DNA from: an uncultured virus (IMG/VR IMGVR_UViG_3300035670_000135) | Lineage: Duplodnaviria; Heunggongvirae; Uroviricota; Caudoviricetes | IMG/VR virus record: IMGVR_UViG_3300035670_000135 | Location: 1 to 64,000 of that record | DNA: 64,000 nucleotides | Reading direction: 5' to 3' (one strand) | Position numbers and translations under genes: made by a program | Notes under the pieces: generated by a model | Databases searched by the model: none | The model's input: only the letters and a program-made list of their open reading frames with translations | Told to the model about the DNA's origin: nothing | Shown: positions 30,901 through 40,776 of the stretch, one piece after another | Layout: each line of letters starts with the position of its first letter | How positions within the stretch are numbered: the first letter of the stretch is position 1

Positions 30901-33900
30901 TTTCTGGATTAAGAGTGGCTGGAGAAAGATCTGGAAGGCAAGCGTATACTCCAGGTCAACTTAATTTTGAAGCAATGTCAAGAAGCCCTAAAAGAGGCGG
31001 AACAACTATTCCAAGACTTCAAGAGTCTGGATATCTTACTAAAGAAGAAGCAGCATCTTTATCAGCAATGATAGGTGCTCATGGAGTGTCTAGGAGATTT
31101 ATATCTAATATAGGTTCTAGAACTGCACAGGGAGCTTATCCAACAAGTTCTTTTGAAGATGTATATAATAGATTTACTTTAACTGGATCTATGACTCCAA
31201 CAGGCAGTCGTAGATCTGCCGCACAAAGATATATTGCAGAAGGAAGAACAGCTCAAATTTTACCAGGTTCTGTTGTTCATATTGATGGTGCCTTGAACAA
31301 CAGAATAAGTTCAGGAACAGCAACTAGAGCAGATTTTGCTAACATACAAGGTTATCAGATGACAAATCTTTTAGACTTTTTGTCAGCACGAGGAATACCT
31401 TCACAGCTAGCTAGAAAGATAGCTAATGATGCTGCAAGTAAATTAAAGAGCTCATTGCCTTCTACAAATATAGATGAGCTTGCTTGGGCAAAAGCAATTG
31501 AAAAAGCAGAACAATCAGCAATAGTTAGCAATGCAGGAGAATTATCACCATACACTAGGGCATTTGCTGCTAATCGTGGAGGCATGGTTCCAGGATATAA
31601 CGCAGGCGGCGGAGTATCAAGAGCAGGACTTCTTGCTAAACTTGGTGCTAAATTTAAATATGAAGGCAAAACTTTTGATGGACCACAATCTTTAAAAACT
31701 TACAAAATTAATGCAATGGATATACAAGGCGGAAAGAAATACTTTGGTCATATTCCAGGATTAAGTGATAAAGCTAGAGGAGCTTTATATGATGCAACTC
31801 TAGATTATTTTAATACTTCAAAAATTACAGGACACAAGATTGATGGAAAGAGAATGTTTAATCCAACATCAATGCTTACAGCGTTCCCAACAATTGCACA
31901 ATTTGCTGTTACATCAAATAAAAGCTGGCTGCCAGAATCAGATTTAGCAATATTACAATCATTTGCAAATAAGGGCGCAAGTTTAGGCGGAACAGTTGGG
32001 TCTTCTGCTTCTGGTATGGCGAAAGTTTACGGAAAACTATTTGGTGCAAACAATGGCGGAATGGTCCCAGGATATAATGTCGGTGGTTTGATTCCTTCAC
32101 AAAATGGACAAAAGTATGGATCAGGAGGCATGGTTCCAAGATATCAATTTGGTGGCAATGTAAGAGGCAGCGGAATATTAAGAAGTTTACTTTTTGGTTC
32201 ATTAGGATCAATGGCGGGTTCTACAATAGGTTCAAGATTTGGACAAACTGGATCAATGATGGGCGGAATGCTTGGCTATATGATTCCAGATTTGTTAATG
32301 GGAAGAGCGGGACGTTCTGGAATAACCCCCTCACAAAGATTAGGAATACAGACATCTGTTCCAAATCCAAACTTTATGTTTGGGTCGCCAATATCTGCAC
32401 AGAACCCTATGCTCGCAGCCTCTACTGTACCTTCAATTCCTGGAAGACAGCAGTCCATATTTGCTGGAACTAGAGCAGCAAGTTCAATTGCAGGAATGGC
32501 GGAAAGCACAGGAAGATTTACTCCAATAATTGGAAAAGCTTTAGCTGGAATTACTAGATTAAATGTTGCGTTAGGACTAGTGGCGGGATCAGCAGCTTTA
32601 GCTAAAAAAGCATTTGATAATTATAACGAAACTCAAAGATTAAGCGCCGCCGCATTCGGGCTAACATCAGAATCTGCAGAAAAAGCAGGACTTCAATTTA
32701 CTAATTATAATACTAAAATTAAAGACGCAGTAGCTGCACAAAAACTTATGATTGATCAAAATATGATAACATATGAAAGTTTAGCATCTGCTGGTACTCC
32801 ATTTAAAATGACTATTGAAGAATATAAGAAATTAAGAAAAGAATTAAAAGAAACTATGGCGGAGCAAATTAAAGTAATTAATGCCACATCCCGCCCAGAC
32901 GCAGCAAGAGTTGCTGTTCAATTAAAAGAGCAATTAATGGCTGCAGGGTTATCGGCAGAAGAAGCTGCAAAACGTATATACACATTATTTAATTTGTCTA
33001 ATAAAGCTGGACAATCAGTAAGCGTAATAAATACAGATGCATTTAGAGGAATAGTAGATGCTCAGACTGCCGCCGCTAGCGCTCTTCAATCATTTAATTA
33101 TGCCAAGAATTTTGAGAATACAAGAGATCAGGCGGCAGCATTAAATACAGCGTTAACTGCAATTAATACTGGCGTAGAAGATTATGTTTCAGAAAGCGAA
33201 AAGGCTGCTAAAAAGAAAAAGCAAGAATTTAATGAAACCGAAGCCAGATATAAAGCAGAGCAAAAAATGCTTGATATCATTGCAAGCAAGGTCAAGAGTC
33301 AAGAATCAATAGGTCAAGGCGTATTACAAAACCTAAAGAAACAAAATCCTGAAATTGAAAAATTTGTAAATGCACAAGATACTGCTGTAAGCGTATTTCA
33401 AAAACTAAGATTAGTAGCTAGAGGCTTTACAGGAGACTTAGCCGATTTAAATGCACAACAAGTAGACGCTGTCTATAAATTACAGATAGCAACAGCACAA
33501 GCAGTTGCAACCGTTAACAAAAAAGGATTGCTATCGGCAGAAACTAAAGCTTATAAAGAGCTCAAGAAGCAACGTGACGACTTAGCCGCCGCTGCAAAGG
33601 GTCAAAGCGTAAAAGAACAAATTGATGCTAGAGAACGACTTAAAGCTTTAGATAAAGAAATAAAGAAAATTAATGATAAGGCTGAGGCTAGAAAGAAAGC
33701 CTTGCGTGAGGAAGCTCAAGCGCAAGACATGGCACTTAGACTCCAGCAGCAACAACTTGAATATGAAAAAGCAGTAGCTGCTGGAGATTTTGCTGGGGCC
33801 GCAACAGCTAAAATTGAGTTACAAAGGCTACAGAATGAGCAACAGGTAACATTAACAGAACAGCAAATTGAAGAGCGTAGACTAAAAGATATTAAGCCAC

Positions 33901-35009
33901 TTGAGCTTGAAAAAGAAAGATTACAAAACGCACAAGATGCTCTTGCAAATAAAGCTGCCCTTGCTGCAGAAAGCCTTGAATCTATTAATAAAAGACTTGA
34001 AAAGCAAAAAGAAAAAATAGATGCAGTTAATGATGCAATGACAAATCTTAAAGTTGCGATGGATCTAAATAAAGATGATCTTGAAAACTTTAAACAATCT
34101 GATGAATTTAAAGGTCTTGCAGGTAAATTAGTAGACGCAGTAAGAGGGACTGGTCAAACTGTCGCAACAACTTCCCTTCCAGATGTTGCACAGGGAAGAC
34201 TTAAAGAAGATATAGGCACTATGGCCACCGATCTTCTTTCCAAATATGGCTCAGAGATAACTACAATAGTTGCACAAAAAGGTGTTACAGTAACGGCTAC
34301 TGGAAATATTATTGTTGACGGCAAAAAAATAGATATGGATGCAGATTATTCTGGGGATAGAAAAACAAAAGCTGGAGAAACTTTTGGCGCCGAAAAACAA
34401 ACAGTAAAATCTAAAACATTAAAAGAAGCAGGAGCTCAAGCACAAACAGGCAAGAAGACTCAAACTTACGTACCAGCAACAGGTGGGCCAGGATTTGATG
34501 TTTTTGAATGGAATGGTAAAACCTATGCAATAGATAAAAGTAATGGAGTAATATATAATTTTGATGCTAAAAATCAAAAGCTTGGAGATAGAGCTAAATA
34601 TGCAAGTGGAGGATTATTGCGTGGTCCAGGAACTAAAACATCAGACTCAATAATTGGCATGTACGCAAATGGCGGAATGGTAAGAGTATCTAATGGCGAA
34701 TATATAGTAAATGCAGATACCGTATCTAAATTAGGAGTTCCATTCTTTGATAGAATTAATGGTATGAAAAATGGCGGACTTATGCTAAACTATGATATAC
34801 CAAGATACGAGCATGGCGGACCAATGGTTCAAACTATGCCATATAATCCAGATGGCGGCAGCTCAGTATATAAGATAGGATCTGTAACCATGCAATTTGC
34901 AGAAGCTCCCGCAAATGGCAGACAGCTATTTGAAGAATTTAAGGTTGCTATGGCTTTAGAGCAAAGAAAGTCTAATCCAGAAAGAAATATATCAAGGAGA
35001 TATCAGTAA
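27942..35009 (+). CDS. Tape measure protein (TP901-family core), 2355 aa
   Basis: WGKNTQWAGRQLTVGLT and LTRLTKVYG core; Ala-rich helical regions; follows the G/GT chaperones. Confidence 0.93.
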   Translation: MADEKIVTSIVANSDFSNLIADVQRVTSSLFKLQQEFAGANRALAGQIDAANAMFNQNMLKTGQFSSHFVSLTSDVEKFGKNLDGGRLKLRDYFRTYQEHSRTSGGLIRDLAKQQVQLQNAVLQPLGKNAQGLMQYNVHIPRGLDLVKNKTSLLRQEFQIMNKVIQDGGVQLINWGKNTQWAGRQLTVGLTLPLAAFGKAAADAFKTADQELTRLTKVYGDVAGTSAQELSRIRDEVSATAKELSSAMGVNFSETIALAADIAATGKTGDELLSSISETTRLAVLGEVDRQEAMKATLAIQTAFKQNTEELSQSINFLNAVENQTSTTLNDLVTAIPKAGPVVRSLGGDIQDLALYLTAMREGGINASEAANAIKSGLASLINPTKQTVGLMKDFGIDILGMVKANAGDTTSLLLDLQSALDQLDPLSKAQAIEQMFGKFQFARISALLNNLGREGSQTLQVLDLMGASVAELEQVAGRELAAVTESAAGRFRRAVEGLKADLAGVGEDFLNIGTKLINVLSAILDFAQKLPDPIKKVMAFGGAFTAIIGPVIMLTGVLANFFGYIIKGLGHFKALFRGAEGFQLLTPEIIAAKNASSMLSDEFYSDAKAADTLSLAIKRLNEDLKGLQANASNATSTTNALGATIATAAGTPIMTVGGGLGAPRVTDPNHPLVGPQTRAAAHLNPRDPNNPSSIFGLTLQPVPVNRKIGATPQILMSERLPDVPGLTTVSGVSTGVVAAEHAKFAALMATLGVQSQQEIDALKKTIGLGGQVSRELLDTFDDILPITQRLTANAAAQSASIVAELRAGTINVQQARAQIIAVNAQLEAMMGAEVSAYAAARGRTIDLTKAPLINQPVVDIAGKPNIRGAYRGGIFLDVMESLGRATGTKSFGGPYSIETTRPIQRNTGGGVFYNDGNQVPGPNVNADVVPAMLTPGEFVIRRDVAQQDPDGMRALNEGRAIVIPVQRNIGGVIPLLRALQTRRRSISGLRVAGERSGRQAYTPGQLNFEAMSRSPKRGGTTIPRLQESGYLTKEEAASLSAMIGAHGVSRRFISNIGSRTAQGAYPTSSFEDVYNRFTLTGSMTPTGSRRSAAQRYIAEGRTAQILPGSVVHIDGALNNRISSGTATRADFANIQGYQMTNLLDFLSARGIPSQLARKIANDAASKLKSSLPSTNIDELAWAKAIEKAEQSAIVSNAGELSPYTRAFAANRGGMVPGYNAGGGVSRAGLLAKLGAKFKYEGKTFDGPQSLKTYKINAMDIQGGKKYFGHIPGLSDKARGALYDATLDYFNTSKITGHKIDGKRMFNPTSMLTAFPTIAQFAVTSNKSWLPESDLAILQSFANKGASLGGTVGSSASGMAKVYGKLFGANNGGMVPGYNVGGLIPSQNGQKYGSGGMVPRYQFGGNVRGSGILRSLLFGSLGSMAGSTIGSRFGQTGSMMGGMLGYMIPDLLMGRAGRSGITPSQRLGIQTSVPNPNFMFGSPISAQNPMLAASTVPSIPGRQQSIFAGTRAASSIAGMAESTGRFTPIIGKALAGITRLNVALGLVAGSAALAKKAFDNYNETQRLSAAAFGLTSESAEKAGLQFTNYNTKIKDAVAAQKLMIDQNMITYESLASAGTPFKMTIEEYKKLRKELKETMAEQIKVINATSRPDAARVAVQLKEQLMAAGLSAEEAAKRIYTLFNLSNKAGQSVSVINTDAFRGIVDAQTAAASALQSFNYAKNFENTRDQAAALNTALTAINTGVEDYVSESEKAAKKKKQEFNETEARYKAEQKMLDIIASKVKSQESIGQGVLQNLKKQNPEIEKFVNAQDTAVSVFQKLRLVARGFTGDLADLNAQQVDAVYKLQIATAQAVATVNKKGLLSAETKAYKELKKQRDDLAAAAKGQSVKEQIDARERLKALDKEIKKINDKAEARKKALREEAQAQDMALRLQQQQLEYEKAVAAGDFAGAATAKIELQRLQNEQQVTLTEQQIEERRLKDIKPLELEKERLQNAQDALANKAALAAESLESINKRLEKQKEKIDAVNDAMTNLKVAMDLNKDDLENFKQSDEFKGLAGKLVDAVRGTGQTVATTSLPDVAQGRLKEDIGTMATDLLSKYGSEITTIVAQKGVTVTATGNIIVDGKKIDMDADYSGDRKTKAGETFGAEKQTVKSKTLKEAGAQAQTGKKTQTYVPATGGPGFDVFEWNGKTYAIDKSNGVIYNFDAKNQKLGDRAKYASGGLLRGPGTKTSDSIIGMYANGGMVRVSNGEYIVNADTVSKLGVPFFDRINGMKNGGLMLNYDIPRYEHGGPMVQTMPYNPDGGSSVYKIGSVTMQFAEAPANGRQLFEEFKVAMALEQRKSNPERNISRRYQ

Positions 35010-35494
35010 TGACAAACGGTAATAGAACTAGTTATTTACCTAGAGGATCTGCAATACAGGTATATGCTAGAGACCTTTATGCCGACCCAAGTGATACAAC
35101 TCAATCCTGGATTAAATTAAGTGAACACAATAGAAGTGAATTAGGTATATCTATTCAAAGAATTGAGCAGGCCCAAAGAATGGCAAACGGCTCTTTGAGA
35201 AAATATTTTGTAGCGGATAAAAAACAGTTCGATGTTTCTTGGGTCATGCTTCCAGGAACTAGAGGATATACGGTAGATGGGCAATGGGGAGCATTAGATT
35301 TAATAGAATTTTACAATAGCACAGAGGGTCAGGGAACTTTTAACATTAGATTAAACTTTGCTAAAAGTGGAACAAGTCAAGAATCTTCAGGTTATGAAGA
35401 ATATACAGTTTCTTGTACATCGTTTAGCGCCACCCTTTTAAAACGAGGAGAGGTTCCTTTTTATAACGTATCTATGTCAATGGAGCAGGTATAA
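35009..35494 (+). CDS. Distal tail (Dit)-like minor tail protein
   Basis: Immediately after the TMP; RMANGSLRKY motif. Confidence 0.65.
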   Translation: MTNGNRTSYLPRGSAIQVYARDLYADPSDTTQSWIKLSEHNRSELGISIQRIEQAQRMANGSLRKYFVADKKQFDVSWVMLPGTRGYTVDGQWGALDLIEFYNSTEGQGTFNIRLNFAKSGTSQESSGYEEYTVSCTSFSATLLKRGEVPFYNVSMSMEQV

Positions 35495-37746
35495 TGATAA
35501 CTGCTAGCAATGACTTAAAAAATATATTTTATAATTCCCGCACCGTTAATATTTCGGCGGGAGCAACAATAGAATACAATATGAACACTTTACTAGATAA
35601 TATAACAATATCTACAACAGCAACCGATCAAAATTATAAAGATGGAATTGATGAGCAGCCTGGTCAATTAATTAGAATTAACCCATTTAAAAAATTGTTT
35701 CCATTAGATTCTATTTTAAAGCCATTTAGACCAGTATTGCCAGGTGTTAAATATTATATTAATCTAGACTCAGATCATCAAGGTTCAAATAAATTTTACG
35801 ACTATAGAACACTCCCTTATCCAGCCGCCCCAAGAGTATATTATCCTGGATCAACAACTTATTATAAATATTGGGTTACTCCACAAAATACGGGAGTTAA
35901 TGTTACAGTTAATTATATTATTGCCACAGCATCTATAAGTCAGGCATATGCTACTGGTTCAAAGGTTGTATATAAAACCACAACAGATCACGGATTTACT
36001 ATTAATAAAAGAGTAACCATATCAGGCTCAGGAAACTCATCATTTAATTTAACAAATCAATTAATTACGGATGTGCCAGACTCTAGAACATTTTCTGTTA
36101 CTAATAATTTAGCTGAAGCTTCTGAAAGTAGCCTATCTAAAACTGCAACTCTAGTAAATTCTAGCGGAAGTGCTACTCCAACAAAGCCAGCATTAGCAAA
36201 TAAAATAGTTGTAGCATTTGAGAAGTATCATACGCTGCCATCAACCTGTTCATTGTTAATAACGTATTCAGACAATACAACTGCATCTGTTACATCGGTA
36301 AATGTCCCAACTTCAGATGGCAGGCTTATTGTTTATTATAATGGTACATCTTGGTCTACCACTGCCCCTTTTAGTTCATCTCAAGCAATTTCTTACCCAG
36401 CACCAAGAGAAATAAAGTCTATCAATGTCACAACACCTTCGGCGGGGGCTGGAAGAATAATTGGAGTCACAGAAATATCTGCCAGATGGATAAAGGATAT
36501 ATCATCAGACATAGTATCTTTTGATATAGACAAAGAGTCTACATCAAGCGCAACAGACATATTGCCAGTAGGCAATATTACTGCAAACAATTTAACTTTA
36601 AGTTTAGACAAGTATAATCAATCAAATCTTAGAGTTCTTTCATACAATAGAGATGAAAATTGGACAGTTTCTCCAGTGCCAAATGATGTAATTTATTTTG
36701 CTAAAAATGCAGAAATTAAACCACATTTTAAAATTTTTCATTCTCTTGGAGCGGTCACAGAAGGCTCTTTAAAATATGATCGGGTAGAACAGGGAACATA
36801 TTATCTAGAATCTCATTCAATATCAGAATATGGTGATGTTCAGGTTGAAGCTTTAGATGGATCAAAGCAATTAATGGAAACACTAATCCCAGATTTAATT
36901 TATAAAAATGCCCCAGTTACTTCTATTATTATGGGAATTTTAGATTCCATTGGTTTTACTAACTATAATATGAATATTTTATTAGACGGCGGCGGATCAA
37001 GTATAGATACTTCAGTCCCAACATTGACAGTTTGGTGGAGTGAAAATAATAAAACAGTTTGGGATTGCTTACAAGAACTATGTAGAGACATTCAAATGAA
37101 TGCATACTTTGATGAAAATAATATTTTGCAATTTTACACAAGAGATAAAATGTATCAGGGTTCAACAACACACTGGGAATTTCACTATGAACAAAGCGGA
37201 AATAAGCTTGCTAATATTATAGACTTTAATAAACAAGAAGTGGCATCAGCCAACCAAGTGAAAATTATATGGAAGACCCCAATGAACTCTTTGTATACTC
37301 AAACTGCAACTGATTTGTGGGCGTCTGAACCTTCATTTTTAATATCAGGCGGACTAAGATTTGATATTGCAGCAGATACACCAGCAGAGTTAATTGATTT
37401 TGATATTGATATTGACAATTTAGATCCGTTAACAAAACTAGAATCTACTTTTAATTACTCTGGATATTTTTTAGTAAATTCAGAAGTTTTTGAGTATGAT
37501 GCAATACAATTCAAATATGTTCCTTTAAGTAGTTCTAGCAATGAAGGGATACCAGTATTTATTGGCTCAGAAGGAGATTGGGCACAATATAGAGCACTTT
37601 CAAAAACTGGACCAGAATACTTTAAGCCAACTGGAAAATACAGAATTAAAGCTAGAGGTGTTTTTGGGACCACCCCAGCCGCACATACATCAACAGCCTC
37701 TACATCATTAAGTGCATGGTTTCAGAAAACGGATGAGTGGCGCTAA
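35494..37746 (+). CDS. Minor tail/baseplate hub protein
   Basis: TVWDCLQELCRDIQMNAYFDENNILQF hub-like motif; synteny. Confidence 0.7.
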   Translation: MITASNDLKNIFYNSRTVNISAGATIEYNMNTLLDNITISTTATDQNYKDGIDEQPGQLIRINPFKKLFPLDSILKPFRPVLPGVKYYINLDSDHQGSNKFYDYRTLPYPAAPRVYYPGSTTYYKYWVTPQNTGVNVTVNYIIATASISQAYATGSKVVYKTTTDHGFTINKRVTISGSGNSSFNLTNQLITDVPDSRTFSVTNNLAEASESSLSKTATLVNSSGSATPTKPALANKIVVAFEKYHTLPSTCSLLITYSDNTTASVTSVNVPTSDGRLIVYYNGTSWSTTAPFSSSQAISYPAPREIKSINVTTPSAGAGRIIGVTEISARWIKDISSDIVSFDIDKESTSSATDILPVGNITANNLTLSLDKYNQSNLRVLSYNRDENWTVSPVPNDVIYFAKNAEIKPHFKIFHSLGAVTEGSLKYDRVEQGTYYLESHSISEYGDVQVEALDGSKQLMETLIPDLIYKNAPVTSIIMGILDSIGFTNYNMNILLDGGGSSIDTSVPTLTVWWSENNKTVWDCLQELCRDIQMNAYFDENNILQFYTRDKMYQGSTTHWEFHYEQSGNKLANIIDFNKQEVASANQVKIIWKTPMNSLYTQTATDLWASEPSFLISGGLRFDIAADTPAELIDFDIDIDNLDPLTKLESTFNYSGYFLVNSEVFEYDAIQFKYVPLSSSSNEGIPVFIGSEGDWAQYRALSKTGPEYFKPTGKYRIKARGVFGTTPAAHTSTASTSLSAWFQKTDEWR

Positions 37747-39428
37747 TGTATTATAGAACAATAAATGGGGGAAGCAGCATCCCAGAACTTTATCAGGTAT
37801 TTAGCCCAGGAATTACATCGACTTCAACTACAATGACTGTAACAATATCAATGCTCGGTGTTTCAGGAACTCCAACCACCTACTCAGTAACATATCAAAA
37901 AATGTTAAATGAAACTACAACTGATGGTGCCGAGCAGACACAGACATCAGCATCAAATGGAATAGCTATAACTGGGCTTACAGCTAATGCATTATATAAA
38001 GTAACTACAAAACTTTCTAACTCTTCGGGCCAAGGCAATCAAATGCAAGTTTTTCATAAACTTTCTTCTACAACTTCTTCACCCTCCAAAACAGGATCGC
38101 CAAAAGAAATTGGAGAAAAGGTAACCGCTAAATCATTTTTGACTATAAAGGGCGGTGAAAAAAGAGATAATGAGTATACTTATGCTTACAAGAGCTTCAA
38201 TGCCATACAGCTACCCGTTTCTACCACATCAACTTTTGGCGAAGGGGCTTTCGCCAGACCTGTAAAAAATTATACAGAAAGCTACTATGCATTTGGTACA
38301 TCCGTTATATTTGAGCCCCTAATTAAATATAAGCCTCAAGGTGCTGCCATAGGATTCTTTTTTGATGAATCTAATGTTTCTGGATATTTTATTTCTTTAG
38401 AAACAAGCGCAACTGCAGCTTCGGCAAATTCATCGCCATTAAAAATATTTAAATTAGATAAAAAAAGAATTATAAAGCTAAAAGATTCTCAAAAAGGAAA
38501 TAGAGCAACTCTTGATCAATTATTTGCAGGAACAGTTTATAATGTTGACGTTAAAGTAAAAATAGTAAATAAAACAATTACGATAACTGCATATGTTAAC
38601 GGCTTTAAAGTAGAGGCCTCAGATACAACTATATCTCAATCTGATAAAACAATTTTAGATCCAACAAATAAGATTGCCTTAGTGGGATTGTCGGGAACAA
38701 GTAAATTTGATTATGTATATGGGGAATCAATTAATGCTGAGCTTTATGATCGAGACTATCAATCTTTAAATTTCTATAATGGTCAATTTACAAAAGACTT
38801 TTTAGATTTATCATACGGAGACATGTTATATAATGCATCAAACGAAGATGTTGATATGACAACTAAGCAAAATGCCTTTGATGAATTTGGAACGGTAGTT
38901 AGAGAGATATCTAGAAAAACAGTAAGGTTTGGTAGCGCACCATCTATTCCAATTAGATGGACAACTGGTGGAAATAAGCTAGCTAAAATAATTGGACAGA
39001 GTTATGATAATTTTAAGGCAGATGTTTTAGTTTTAAATAATACATCAATAACAGTTCCTCTTTCAGACAAAGGGGTAAATCAATTATCTATTTATGGCAA
39101 TACAATAGGATTTTCTGGCGAGATAGAATATGATACATCCTCAGTAAACGAATATGCATCATCTGAGCCAGTCATTTTTGAATCTGTTTGGCTACAAAAC
39201 CAAAAAGACGTTAAATCCTTAGCTGAATGGATACAGGGGCGGGTAGTAAATAAGGCTAATATAATAACAATGAAAGTATTTGGAAACCCACTCATATCGG
39301 TAGGAGATATCATAACTATAAACTATCCTTACCAAGGCTTCACGGGTACTCAAAAAATTATAGTTGTAAAGGTATCGCAAAGGTATCAGGAAGGACTAGA
39401 AACCGAAATAGTTGGACGAACTCTTTAG
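37746..39428 (+). CDS. Minor tail protein (hub C-terminal-like, with FN3)
   Basis: TAATG coupling; ITGLTANALY (FN3) and C-terminal GNPLISVGDIITI motif. Confidence 0.7.
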   Translation: MYYRTINGGSSIPELYQVFSPGITSTSTTMTVTISMLGVSGTPTTYSVTYQKMLNETTTDGAEQTQTSASNGIAITGLTANALYKVTTKLSNSSGQGNQMQVFHKLSSTTSSPSKTGSPKEIGEKVTAKSFLTIKGGEKRDNEYTYAYKSFNAIQLPVSTTSTFGEGAFARPVKNYTESYYAFGTSVIFEPLIKYKPQGAAIGFFFDESNVSGYFISLETSATAASANSSPLKIFKLDKKRIIKLKDSQKGNRATLDQLFAGTVYNVDVKVKIVNKTITITAYVNGFKVEASDTTISQSDKTILDPTNKIALVGLSGTSKFDYVYGESINAELYDRDYQSLNFYNGQFTKDFLDLSYGDMLYNASNEDVDMTTKQNAFDEFGTVVREISRKTVRFGSAPSIPIRWTTGGNKLAKIIGQSYDNFKADVLVLNNTSITVPLSDKGVNQLSIYGNTIGFSGEIEYDTSSVNEYASSEPVIFESVWLQNQKDVKSLAEWIQGRVVNKANIITMKVFGNPLISVGDIITINYPYQGFTGTQKIIVVKVSQRYQEGLETEIVGRTL

Positions 39429-39453
39429 TTCAACTAAATGGTATAATTAAAAA

Positions 39454-39840
39454 ATGGCAAAAAGAGTTTCTAAATCCAGCATAGTCTCTACTACAAAAAG
39501 AGTACTTCCAGCAGGGCACCCAGATTTAGTTTGGTATGACCCAAGTGAAGTTATTATTATTGGCGAAGATTCAGAATATAAAGTAAGCGGAACAGGAGTA
39601 TCTTCTTTTTTAAGCGGCTCATTAACTTCAGGATCACCAATATCAGCACAAGAAGTAATAAGTGAATCAGCAGATGTACCTCAACTTTCAGATATTGAAG
39701 ATATTCAATATATTAAATATTTTGATCCAGTTTCAAAAATTGAAAAATTAAAAGTAGTTATTAAAATTAGAAATGCTAGTAAAAATAAAAAAGATGTTGA
39801 TGGTGTCGATGCCAGAATATATCAGCCTAGGGGAGCGTAA
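39454..39840 (+). CDS. Hypothetical tail protein
   Basis: Leaderless after TGGTATAAT (39439-47). Confidence 0.65.
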   Translation: MAKRVSKSSIVSTTKRVLPAGHPDLVWYDPSEVIIIGEDSEYKVSGTGVSSFLSGSLTSGSPISAQEVISESADVPQLSDIEDIQYIKYFDPVSKIEKLKVVIKIRNASKNKKDVDGVDARIYQPRGA

Positions 39841-40775
39841 TGATAAAAGGAACATACATATTTTATGAGAATGGAAAAGAGATATTTCGTAAGTCAAACG
39901 TAATTACTAAATTTGGTAAAAGATTTTTGACTAACTTTATTGCTGGTAATATTTTAAATTCTAATAAAGATATGGCCTTCGGAATTGACTCCACCGCAGC
40001 AACTGTTAATGATACAAGATTAGGTTTTGAATTTTACAGGCTTCCTGTTCTTTTTGGATCAACTGATATACAAACAACAAGTGGAGTTACAACATACTCT
40101 GTTGTTTATAAAACAACTATTCCGCAAGATGTTGTTGCAGAAATATATGAAATTGGTTTGTATCCAACAAATAGGTCATCAATAAACAATTTTGATAGTA
40201 AATTTTTAACTGATTTTGATGACTTACTAGACTGGGAAACATCCGCAGGAGTAAATCCATTAACTACTACATCTAATTATAGAATTGGCGGAAACCTATT
40301 AAGAATGTCTGCCAATACAAGTTCTTCAACTGAATATAAGTCGTCTATACAAGCTTTAGATTTATCTGGATATAGTGAAGCAGATTCTATTCGATTAGCT
40401 TATTACAGAGAAGATGCAAACCTATCTACAATTAAAATAAGGCTCTATAGCGAAGCTTCAAAGTATTATGAGGTTACAGTTACTCCGACAGCAGGAACTG
40501 GATATAAATTATCTTCAAATATTTTATTATCAACATTATTTGCTGGCGCTACCTCCCCCGCCCCAGACATAACAAATATAAATGAAATTGGAATTACAGT
40601 AACCGCAAGTTCAGGAGGAGCAACATCGGTTGGTCTAGACGGACTTAGAATAAATGATGAAGATACATTTGATCCAATATTTGGATTAATAAGCAGATCT
40701 CATTTAACTACGCCAATTTCAAAAGTGGCGGGAAGACAAGTAGACGTAGAATATAGATTAGATTTGAGCTTCTAG
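39840..40775 (+). CDS. Baseplate/tail-collar-like protein
   Basis: NVITKFGKRFL...MAFGID...DTRLGFEFYR...EIGLY...VEYRL pattern. Confidence 0.65.
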   Translation: MIKGTYIFYENGKEIFRKSNVITKFGKRFLTNFIAGNILNSNKDMAFGIDSTAATVNDTRLGFEFYRLPVLFGSTDIQTTSGVTTYSVVYKTTIPQDVVAEIYEIGLYPTNRSSINNFDSKFLTDFDDLLDWETSAGVNPLTTTSNYRIGGNLLRMSANTSSSTEYKSSIQALDLSGYSEADSIRLAYYREDANLSTIKIRLYSEASKYYEVTVTPTAGTGYKLSSNILLSTLFAGATSPAPDITNINEIGITVTASSGGATSVGLDGLRINDEDTFDPIFGLISRSHLTTPISKVAGRQVDVEYRLDLSF

Positions 40776-40776
40776 T

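Noticed and set aside
35494..39428. Hub gene broken by a frameshift (pseudogene)
   Set aside because: The junction is a clean TAATG stop/start overlap at 37744-48, as elsewhere in this genome.
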